NCBI GenBank assembly: GCA_001275005.1
Contig: JWZX01003356.1
Location: forward strand, 1-48,837
From: Chrysochromulina tobinii
Taxonomy: Eukaryota
Length of the DNA: 48,837 nucleotides
Direction: 5' to 3'
Shown here: piece after piece, positions 29,083 to 39,321 of the stretch
Layout of the letters: every line of letters starts with the position of its first letter
Numbering within the stretch: the stretch's first letter is position 1
Notes under the pieces: generated by a model
Database searches by the model: none
The model's input: only the letters and a program-made list of their open reading frames with translations
What the model was told of the DNA's origin: nothing
Translations under genes and position numbers: made by a program

Positions 29083-31985
29083 TTACGTGGCCACTGGAAA
29101 GTAGATGGCACTCGAGCTCACCATGCCAGACGCCTCAGCGTCACGGAAGACATATGCAAAGGCGCCCCCCTCGAGATGGCTGCCCCCTGAAGGTACCCCG
29201 GGTAGCTGCTCGTGCGGATTGATCCACGCAAAGGACTCGGCGCCCTGAGCGAGCAGCCTCGCAAAGGTGATCGGCTTAAGCCTCTTACCGGCAAGGAGTG
29301 CTCTGACGGCGCTGGCGGGCAGCGGCCGTGGCTTGGCGAAGGTGATGAGGCGCGCCTCGCTCATGAGCTCACTCATCAGCGCCTCGTCGGGTGTGGCCAA
29401 CGGATCAAAAAGGGGTTGGTCGCTCACCGCATTGAGCGCTGCGATCTCTCCCGCGGCGTCGAGGTACACGAAGGCACCGGTGAGGGCAACCAGGCACGCG
29501 GGAGATGTCATCTCCGAGTCGCGGTACCTGATGAGGGACGCAATCCGATGTCGTCAGAGGTCATCCGAGGTCATCAGAGGTCATCAGTGCCAATCAGCGC
29601 ACGAATGTTGTTGACCGCCGAGAGCTTCTCCCAATCAATGCTCGACGGGTACGCAAACGAGAACCAGACTGCATGGGAAGGGATGCCCGCGCGCTCGCGA
29701 GCCTCCGCGAGCAACGTGATCTCGTGTGGGGGAGATAGGTCGATGGAGGGCGATTTGAACGCATGGCGGATGGGCGCGAGCAAGGGATGATCTAAATGGA
29801 GCGTGAGCCTCCGCATCTGAGCGACGTCCAAGGACGTAGGGGCACCTGCCCGACGCCCTTGGACTCCCAGACCGCTGAACAATTCCGTAGGCGCACTCAA
29901 TAGGTGCAGTGGGGCAAGGGAGCCGGGGAAGTCGGACGCGGACGCCGACTGCGCAAACTGCTTCTGCAACACCCCCCAGTGGCCGCGAGAGTCTACGCGG
30001 ATGTATGCCCGAAGCACGGGCACGTCGAGGTCGTTGTTGACGCGTGCGACGAAATCGACGAGCGGCGTGAGGAGTTCAAGAGTAGACGCGACTGACCTGA
30101 GTGACTCAAGAATCAGATGCTCGGGTACCATCCGACCGGTCAACTCGGCACGGCGCGCCACCCGGTAGCGCACGACGCTCTCCGAGGCGCCCACCTCGAG
30201 AATCGCAAGCTTGTAGCGCGGGAAGCGCCGGCGCAGGTCGCGGAACACCCTTGTAAACCACGACCCGTCACGGAGCGAGCCGTCGACCCAAACGTTTTGG
30301 CTCGAGCGCATCGCGATCTCCTGCGCGATCTCCTGCAAGAAGGCGCTCTCGCGATGGCACATGTCGCCGGCCTTCGGCGCCGTGTACGGGCGCTCCATGT
30401 AGGCTGCCCACTCGGGCATGAGCTCCTTGAAGTGGTCGGGATCGATGTGCACGATGTCCTCGAGCGGGAAAATTCCATTCTTGGACATCCACGAGATGAC
30501 GTACCCCTTGCCTGCCCCCATCGGTCCACACGTGTACACGACCCAAGGATTCGCCACCGGCGCTGTCCGATTGACCACCGAGTCGATCGCGCGGTCCTGC
30601 CACTCTTGCCTCTCCTTGGTGTAGTTGGTGTGGTACGAGTAGTCGACACGGGCGCGAATGCCCGCATACGGCCCGTAGAACTCACGATGGAGCACGCCGT
30701 AGTTGTCGTTCGTCGACCTGTGGAAGTTGTACTTATTGGAGATGGTGAAGCTTTGGTTGGCGGCCGAGAGCTGCGAGACGATGCCCCGGAGCAGAGCGAC
30801 GTTGCTCACGCCTTTCTCAAACTGGTCGTAGCTCAACATCGCAGCTCGTATGCCCGAGGGCGGCAGCGGCGGCGAGGAAAGTGGTGGCTGGTGGCTGGCG
30901 CCTTCCTTCGTTAGGCTCTCGACCGACGGACGGAGCTGAGGGGTCAGATCTCGCGTGACGCCCACCACGGCGTCTGCGCCGTGGTGGGCGCCGGTTGGGG
31001 TGGACACCGGCTGCGACACGAGTCTCGACCAGACGCGCGAGATCTCATCCTCGGACAGATCGATCTTGAGCCTGTGAAGCGCGGTCACGAACTGCGGGGA
31101 GGAGGGCAGCCGATCGGGCGCGCAATCAAGGGCCAAGAATCGCAATCAATCGCAATCGATTGCAATCAAGGTACCTCAGGGAAGGAGAGCAGCCCAATCG
31201 CAATCGATCGCAATCAAGGTACCTCAGGGAAGGAGAGCAACCCAATCGCAATCGATCGCAATCAAGGTACCTCAGGGAAGGAGAGCAGCCCATTGTGGCC
31301 CGCGAGCTGGTGGAACACGCCAGGTATGTCATGACGAAGCACGTCCTGCAGCATCTCGTTCTCGTGCGCGCGCAGCTGCCGAGACGCGAACGGCAGTCAG
31401 ATCAGAGGCGATCGGCACCTATCCGAGGCCGCCGGTGGCACTCAGTGGCAATCACACCTGCCGAAACCCGACGGCCTGGTGCACGGCCGGCACATCGTGG
31501 AAGAGCCGGTACGCGACGAGAAAGTTGGAGCTCCAGAATTGATCCCAAGCGCCCCTGGACACCACTCCGACAAGGAGGCCGAAGAGCAACGCCACTTCCC
31601 AGCGCAGCGCCAGGTCCCAGCCGTGGATCGGATGCCAAAGCAACAAGCTACAGAGGAGACCAAAGGCGAAGCCCACACACAGCATAATGCCCGTGCTCGA
31701 AGCGACGGCGGAGAGTTTTGTGAAGCCGGCCTCAGACAGGCGTCCAGGGATGCTCTTCGCACGCATGAGTCCTCGAGGAATCCTCACGCTCTCATCCGTG
31801 GAGGAGGTCTCAAGCAGCGGCAGCTGAACGGGGCGGTTGAGGCTGCTGGACGTCGCGTCCGATCCGGATCCCTCTCGGCTCTCCAGATCTTCATACCCGA
31901 AGTCGGGTGTGGTCTTGAAAGACGCGAGCTTCTCCATTCGCGAGCTTCTCTTGCCCTCGAAGACCTCGTGCGACTTGCGACGCAC
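29083..31985 (-). CDS. Membrane-anchored zeta-toxin-like P-loop kinase with degenerate EF-hand-like region (multi-exon)
   Basis: Exons ~31985-31458 (two hydrophobic helices), 31375-31271, 31091-~29602 and ~29527-29083. Kinase motifs PWVVYTCGPMGAGKG, IDPDHFK, HRES, VWVDGSLRD, RAELTGRMVP. Start codon (first in-frame ATG 31937) and last intron phase uncertain. Confidence 0.8.
31147..31290 (-). repeat. 3 x 48-bp tandem repeat containing an exon end and 5' splice site
   Basis: caatcgcaatcgat(c/t)gcaatcaaggtacctcagggaaggagagca(g/a)cc at 31147, 31195 and 31243; each copy carries GAG|GTACC on the minus strand. Confidence 0.92.
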
Positions 31986-32283
31986 GCCGGCGGCCGCCGC
32001 GCTCAGCGTGGACCGAATTGTACGATTGTGGGCACTTCCATGACCACTTTGACGAAACCCAAGTGAGGCGCCTTGGTCAACTTCACTTTCGCGAGCTCAA
32101 TCTCCCGAAGTGATGAAAAGTCCCAAATTTAGCAAGTCTTTGTCGGCCGTCGCGTATGGAGCAAAGGCACGCACGCGTGAGCGCAGCGCGCGCTGAGCGC
32201 GGGCACTTACTCGCCCACCCCTGTACGAGGTATAGTTAGAGGAGGAGTGTTGGAGGAGTGTCCTGGGGACCCCTTTACTCGGC

Positions 32284-34774
32284 ATGGTCGCATTGCACGT
32301 AGTGCTCGGCATGCTGGCGATCAACCTCACCAACCTCGTCGGCAATAGCCTCTACTCCATCATGGACGCATTCTTCCCGCAGCAGGCAGAGGCGAAGCTT
32401 CTGTCGCCTGAGGCCATCGGCGCCATCTTCGCAGCCTTTCCGGCGGTCGTATTCCTGACTGCGCCATCCGCGTCGCGCCTGATGGATCGCATCGGCACGA
32501 GGACAACATTCTTGGTTGGGTGCTTTGCCATTTCGATTGGCACGCTCAGCTTCTCTGCAGCGCTCATCCTGCCAGACGGCGCACCCTTTGCGGCCTGGTG
32601 CATGGTGATGCGGCTACTTCAAGGCGCTGGCGGAGCCCTTGAGGAGGCTTCTGCGTACGTGCTGATCGCCTCGCTCGCCGGGAGCAACGTCACCTTCTAC
32701 CTCGGGCTGACGGAACTCTCGACGGGGCTCGGCTATATGCTCGGTCCACCCATCGGAGCAGTCCTGTACATGGCCGGGCGGCTTCCCAGCGCCCTTCATC
32801 AGTGCCGCTTGCGCGCTGCTCCTTGCCTCGTACGCCGCGTTCGCTTGCTTCCGCCTGAGCTCCTCCGTGCCGAAGGACGTGGCGTCTGTGGAAATGATGC
32901 CCGTGCCGCAGCTCGAGGACGACACGGAGGGGATGCGTGGCGAGGGGCGGGGCGATGCGCCGCTGCCGCAGTCCATCGACGCCGGGCGGGCGCACGCGCG
33001 CGCGCTGCTCACTATGACTGAGCATGCTCTTCCAGAGAGTGCTCCAGAGGGTGCGCGCCCGGCCGGCGCCTCGGCCGCTGAAACCGTTACTGAAACCGAG
33101 AGGAGGGCCACGAGCTCGACGATCTACCGGCTGATCTCCCATCCCGAGATCTGGCCGATCGCCCTCGCCGCCGCCGCCGCAAACTCGGACTACGCGTTCC
33201 TCGAGCCGACGCTGGGCGATCATGCGCTGGCGAACGGCCAGGCGGCGGACGCCGACGGGGTGGGCTTGCAGTGCCCTACCTGCCATCTGAGTGCCACTGA
33301 TGACCTCTGAGTGCGGCTGACTGCACGATTGCGAATCTGAGTGCCTATGATTGCCTCCCTCATCAAGTGGGCTTGCTCTTTGGGATCTCATCCTTGATTG
33401 CGAATCTGAGTGCTTATGATTGCCTCCCTCATCAGGTGGGCTTGCTCTTTGGGATCTCATCCTTGGCGTACACTCTCTCGTGCCCGCTCGCGGGCATGTG
33501 CTCGCATCGCATTGGCACAAGACGCACGATCCTCATCGGGCTGTGCATGCAAGCGCTCGCGTTCATCGCCCTGGTGCTCAGCAGTCGTGTCGCCGACGTG
33601 CGAGCTGGACCAGGCAAGGCTGGGCGCCTGTACGGCGACGCTCTGGAGCTCAGCAGTCGAATGGCGGACGCGCCGGGTGACGTCTACGGCGACGCTGCAC
33701 TAGTGGGGCATCATCTTGGCAATCTCGGCCACCACATTCACCCTTCGCCACCGGCACCGATGCCACTCCACCAGCCGCACTCTCCGCCACCAATGCTGCC
33801 GATGCTGCCGCCTTTGGACTCGACCCCATTCAACGCGACCGCCGCAGAGCACCACCACCGCCACGTGCCCAACCGCAGCACCATCGCCCACCACGGCGCG
33901 GCGGGCCTCACGACGGGACCTCCTCTGCCCCCGTGCATGCATCACTCGGCCGCCCGTTGCCGCCGAGCAGCGATCCACGGCTACCATCGCGACCATCGGC
34001 ACCCACTCGCCGGCCTTCTCGCGGAGAGCGTGCTCGACTATATGGTTCACACCAAACTCGGCGACGACCTCGTCCCCTCGCCAAATCGAACGACAGTTGC
34101 GTACACAGACGCAGCCTCGAATAGCAGTGGTGACGACTTTGGCGGAGCCGCCGGCGGCGACCCCAGCGACGACCGCGGCACACGCAGTGGCCGCGAACCT
34201 AAGATGATCAGCTTCGTCAGCTTTTGGCTCTTGCGAAGCGCCCTCATCCTCTTCGGGTTGGGTGAAGGTGATTGCCCGCTGAATGCCATGTGAAGGCCCT
34301 ATGATTGAAATTGGATTGCCCGGTGGTTGTGCATTGATGGTCTCTGGGTATCTCTGATCGTCTGTGGGATGCCCTGGCGATCGTCGGCTCGGGTGTGAAG
34401 GATTTGCAATGACTCCGGTAATGGAGGATATCATCAACACGAGCAGCCGCATCACCGCTCCTGAGGACGTAGGCGCCGTACCGAGCATCTCACACATCCG
34501 AGGCGAGGCGAGTGCGAGCGACCCAGATGCCCAGTCGCCCGAGATGCGCGCCATCGGGGGTATCGTCACCTCCGCCTTTGCCCTCGGCCAAATCCTCGGT
34601 CCGCTGCTCGGCACGACGCTCACGAGCCATCTCGGCTTCGAGATGGCGAGCACGGTAATGGCGGGCGCGCTGTGCTTCCTCGTGCCACTCCTTGGCTGGC
34701 GGAGCAGTTGGTCGTGCGACCGGCCGCCAGGGACCCCCAAAACCTTGAAATACGGGGTCGGGGACCATTCATAA
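32284..34774 (+). CDS. MFS transporter, SLC18B1/vesicular amine transporter-like (3 exons; one apparent frameshift)
   Basis: YSIMDAFFP, motif A-like RLMDRIGTR, RLLQGAG, GLGYMLGPPIG, FLEPTL, AFALGQILGPLLG. Extra base at ~32775 (should read AGGFPAPF). Introns 33260-33435 and 34268-34400. Confidence 0.85.
33327..33465 (+). repeat. 69-bp tandem duplication of a 3' splice site plus exon start
   Basis: gattgcgaatctgagtgc(c/t)tatgattgcctccctcatca(a/g)gtgggcttgctctttgggatctcatcctt occurs twice; the first copy has CAAG instead of CAGG. Confidence 0.9.
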
Positions 34775-34930
34775 ATTCTTGGGGCCCGCTTCAAACTTTA
34801 TCATCATCGTAACAGTCATCACTCATCATCCGAAACGTTCAAAGAAAACGTTCGGCACCAGTCCGTCGCACCAGTCGACTTAGTCGAGTCGGTTAGAAAA
34901 CTCTGCTCGACCCTTTCGAGTTTTTTCTTG

Positions 34931-37246
34931 TCAAGAGATGACGCACAGTCCATCGAGCAGGCCGTCGAACAGACCGCCACCATCCCTACTTAGGGCACTC
35001 TTGCCATCCGCCCCGAGGGCTGCGAGCCTGCGCAGCTCCTCCAGCGTGCGCGTCTCGTGCCGCAGCTGGCAGGCCCGCCGCGCCATATACTTTGGATTCG
35101 CGCCATTCGTATCTCCAAGCTCGAGGTCGTCGGCCGCCCGTTTGACCGCCGCCTCGGCCGCCGCGAGCAGCCGTGCGAGCGGTTTCGGCTTCTGCGGCTG
35201 CACGGGACAGCGGAGCCGTTGGAGGTCTTCGCCGTACGTGCAGGAGAACCAAGTCTCCCAACCGCAGCTGTGAGCGGGCGAGAGCGTCACAATCATCGAG
35301 AGGAGCGCCGAGCCGTCGAAACATCCCTTTGTGTACTCGATGAACTCGGTGCCCGCCGCCTTCGTGTTGACGAGCGGCAGGCCCTTGTAGTGCTGCTCGG
35401 TCGCCTGCACCACGGCGGTACGCAGCTGCGAAGGCTCGTAGTGGAAGACGCACACTCCATCAGGGCGGATCAGAGGTCATCGGCGGTAATCAGAGGCCAT
35501 CGGCGGCCATCCGAGTCAATCCGAGTCAATCCGAGTCAATCCGAGTCAATCCGAGGCAGTCTGCGGCCATCAGCGGCCATCGGTGGCTATCACCTGCGAG
35601 AGCTCATAGTTGATGACGAGCCCCTGGCCTGCTATCGTGGGCTCGACACCTGATGGGCGATGCACTCAGCGGCACTCAGTAGCACTCGGTGGCAAGCCTC
35701 AGTGACAAGCATTCAGCGGCCCTCATCAGCGGCCATCATCAGTGGCCGTCATCAGTGGCCCTCATCAGCGGCCCTCATCAGTGACCATCATCAGTGGCCC
35801 TCATCAGTGGCCATCACCCTTCTCATGGTCCCACATCGCTAGCAGCGTCGACTGCACGGAGCGTGGCCTCTCCGCCCCAGCCATGTCGATCACGTCCAAT
35901 CTCGTCGTGAGAACGCGTGCACTCGACCTCTCGAGCTGACGAAGCGTGAGGATGATGGCGCAGTGTGAGCGGCTCGAGCCGGCGTGCCCGTCACTTGCCT
36001 CATTCATGCGCGTCGCGCGCGCGTGACGCGTCTTGCGCACACGAGCCATCAGATCCAGGCACGCTTGCTCGCTGTCGAGCTCGAGGGTTGTGAACCCCAA
36101 CGGCCGATGGTCGGCCCCAATGAGACACGTGGCGCCCTCGTCGAGCAAGTCGAGGCAGCTGTGGGGAGAGGGGGGCGGGCGCCGTGGTGAGCACTTGCAT
36201 GCGCTCCCTCAGCGAGCCAATCGAGGCAGCTGCTCGTGTGGAACTCGAGCACCGAGCAGATTGCAATCAGAGCCCATCAGAGCCCATCAGAGGCCCTCAG
36301 ACCTGCTCATGTAGAACTCGAGGGCCGAGCAGCTGAGCACGGACGAGATCCGACCCGCGCGCGCCCGCATCGTGTCCAGTATGCTCGCGACGGCGCGCGG
36401 CAGGATGCCCGACTGCTCGTGTCGAAGACTCGTCCACGACGGTTCGGGTCCGAAGATCGTGTGAGTCTTGCCCGTGCCCGTCTGGCCGTACGCAAAGAGC
36501 AGAGCGTTGTAGCCCTCGCCGCCGTTCAAGCCGTCCGCGCATACCGCCTGCACGAGCTCCGCCGCCGCCGCCTCGTGTACCTCCGCCTGGCGAGATTCCG
36601 GTCCGAGGATCGCCTGTGCGAACGTGTACTCGGTCGTGCGCGCGTGCGCCGCGCGTGCGCCGCCGTAGTCGACGCCCATCTCGTCCTCAAGCACAATCTT
36701 GCCGTTCCCGTACGACGCGAGCCGCTTTGACACCGGCTCGCCCTCATTCGAGTGGCCTCCGCTGCTAGCCAGAGGCCGGATGCGCACCACGACTTTGGGC
36801 TTGCGCAACGGCACCTCGCGCCGGATGGGCGTCTTGGCAATGTTCGGGTTGATGGCACGCTCGTGCTCTTCGCGGGCCGCCTTTTGCGCCGCGAGCGCCG
36901 CCAGCCGCGCCGCGCCCGCCGCCTCTTTTGCTGCGATCGCCTGCTTCCGCCCTGCCGTCATCTCACGACCAACTGCGGCGGCGCCGACATCCGACACCTC
37001 GGCGCCACTGGCCGCCGGCACGGCCGAGGCTGCCTCGGCGTTTGCCTTCTCCTTCACGACGCTGGCCGCCTTGCGGCGAAACAAATCCGCTGCCCTCGTC
37101 ATGTAAGCCGCCGACAGAGGAGTGGTGTCAGTTGGAGCAGTAGCGGCCGTCCCTTTGCCTCCAGCAACTTTGGAAGGCGTCCTGTGAGTCTTGTTTTTCG
37201 TGGTGGGGATGAATACCACGGGTGGGTTGGCTTCGATCAATACCAT
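34931..37246 (-). CDS. Divergent kinesin motor-domain protein (4 exons)
   Basis: Exons 37246-36303, 36158-35818, 35649-35594 and 35425-34931 splice in frame. Motifs KVVVRIRPL, LFAYGQTGTGKTHT, LEFY..CLDLL, SSRSH, IDMAGAER, QGLVINYELSQL, MIVTLSP..ETWFSCTYG. Start codon uncertain. Confidence 0.85.
35511..35555. repeat. Intronic microsatellite (CCGAGTCAAT) x 4.5
   Basis: Perfect 10-bp unit inside kinesin intron 35426-35593; the neighbouring intron 35650-35817 consists of catcag(t/c)ggc variants. Confidence 0.9.
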
Positions 37247-37469
37247 CGCGGCTTCGATCAGGACCGCTGCGCTCTGGCAGCGCCGCTATGGATAGGAGCG
37301 CATAGATTTGGGGTTCGAACAGGATCCACGCCGACTTTCTTTTCCACATCCTCCCATACACTCACTTGAATCGAGAGTCTCACCCTGAAAACGAGCGTTC
37401 GGCGTTTGTGAAAACTGTCCCGAATATTCACAGCCCATTCACACTCCAGCTGAAAGCTCTCCCTTTCCC

Positions 37470-38627
37470 ATGTCCAACCCTTGGGTCGATTCGCTGATCC
37501 GCGTCGGCACGCGCTTGGTGTCGGCGTTGAAGGCGGGCCCGCCGAAGAATGTCTTCAACCCTGAATACCTCACTGGGAACAACTTCCTCAAGCGCTTCAA
37601 CGAGGTCAAGCGCGCCGAGGGCTTTGGCGCCGCGTACAACAAGACAAGGATGGAAAGCACGCTTCGCAAGGGCTCGTTCGTTGGCAAGGACTACAACGGC
37701 AACATGTACTACGAGGACAAGAACGCGCCGTACGGGCGCACGCGCTGGGTCGAGTACCCCACGCCCAAGGGCATCTGGGCCATCGAGCAGAACTACGATG
37801 CGAGCATGGTGCGCAACAAGTGGCCCACGCGGAGCTGCCTGAAGGCACAGCTTGCCCGGGCGTGGCACGAGACTGAGCGTGTCTCGTGCGCCGCACGACC
37901 CCACGCAGGTGAGCCCGGAGTGGCACGGCTGGCTGCACTACACGCACGACAAGCCGGGCAACGTGCTGGTGCGCTCGCGCTGCCCGCCCCTCAATTATGG
38001 TGTCGTGCTTCAGCGCGCACCGTGCGCCCGTCGCCGACCCGCCATCCCCGCCCGATCGTCGGTCCCGAAACGCGCCGGTGCTCCTCCCCCCTCCGCCCCT
38101 CTCTCCGCAGGCGGCCGAGCACGAGAAGCCCTTCAAGATGGCCTTGCCCATCAACCAGAGCATGCAGCGGCCCGAATTTGGTCGCGAGTCCGAATTCCAT
38201 CAGCCGCCGTGCACGATGGCCGCGCGGATCGTGCGTGGCAAGGTTGGGCCCAAGTACGAGTCTTGGAGCGGCTCCGTCCAGACCACTAACCCCGCGCTGC
38301 GCAACTGTGAGTGTCAGACACCGCCGCGAGGCTGCAGCCTTCCCCCCCTTCCCCCCAAACCCCTTTCCCCCAAACCCCCTCCTCTTTGGCCCCGCGCCCG
38401 CGCCCGCGCCCGCTCCGGCTGCTGGCGCTCCCGCACCGGCCACCTACTGCCGCAAGGTGCTGCCTCCTGGCGCGGGCGGATTGTACCCGGCGTTCATGGC
38501 GCACCGTACTATGCACCCATCACGACAACCTCGCTGTTTGGAAAGCTGTGCCCTGCGCTGACGCCACGTGCACAACCCCGCCCGTCGCGCAGACTCCGAC
38601 AACGAGAAAACGCTTCACATCCCGTAG
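37470..38627 (+). CDS. NDUFA12: NADH:ubiquinone oxidoreductase subunit A12 (B17.2), 4 exons
   Basis: Exons 37470-37808, 37909-37968, 38111-38306 and 38593-38627. GSFVGKDYNGNMYYE, GRTRWVEY, YDASM|VSPEWHGWLH and KYESW are family hallmarks. Confidence 0.92.
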
Positions 38628-39321
38628 AAAGGCCTGCTAGCGTGTGACGCGGAGCAAAGGAGACGACGTCGACGAAAGAGCGCTGACCGGCCGAGAGACG
38701 AGTGGCTCTCCCGGCCGTCGAGAGTGGTGAGTGGCTCTCCAGCCACGACGATATTAGAATCATATTAGAAGGGCCCTCTGGCGTGGCCGGAGTGGATCTT
38801 CAGGGACGAACTTGAGCCTTCATCAGATCTTAATTTCGCCGACACAACTCCACTGTATGTATGTGCTCGGGCAAATCCCTAAGAATCTGACGTCTCCGCA
38901 CTCCGGCGACTCCGGTCTCCGCCACAAGCACAACTCGCGCAACGGAACGATCCGGGAACGAGCCATCGAGCTATTAGTGCGCGTCAAATGCTAGCTCTCA
39001 CAACAATCGCAACCGGGCTCGTCCTCAATGTGCCAGTCCTCAGTCCGCACTTCACCCCATTCGACGAGACTAATGACTATGCCTGTCTAATGCCAGTCCA
39101 CATGAACCTCGTGCACCGGATGTCAAGGAAGGGCGCTTGTGCCGAACATCTTCGTCGGGAAAGATCAGACGTTTCGCAAGCGGGATGCTCTGACGTTCCG
39201 CAACGTGATGGGCCTACAGATTACATTGTACCGAGTGCGCGGCCCTTTTGCACATGCATGCAAGTTTGGGTGAAACTGTGGAGTTCCAAACCCTTTACAG
39301 TTTTATCGGTCTTCAAAGGCG

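Noticed and set aside
29574..31145. Bacterial epsilon-zeta toxin-antitoxin module
   Set aside because: Intron-containing eukaryotic gene with TM helices and no adjacent antitoxin.
31147..31290. CRISPR-like array (also 28368-28510 and 46086-47830)
   Set aside because: Contiguous tandem units without unique spacers, no cas genes, eukaryotic context.
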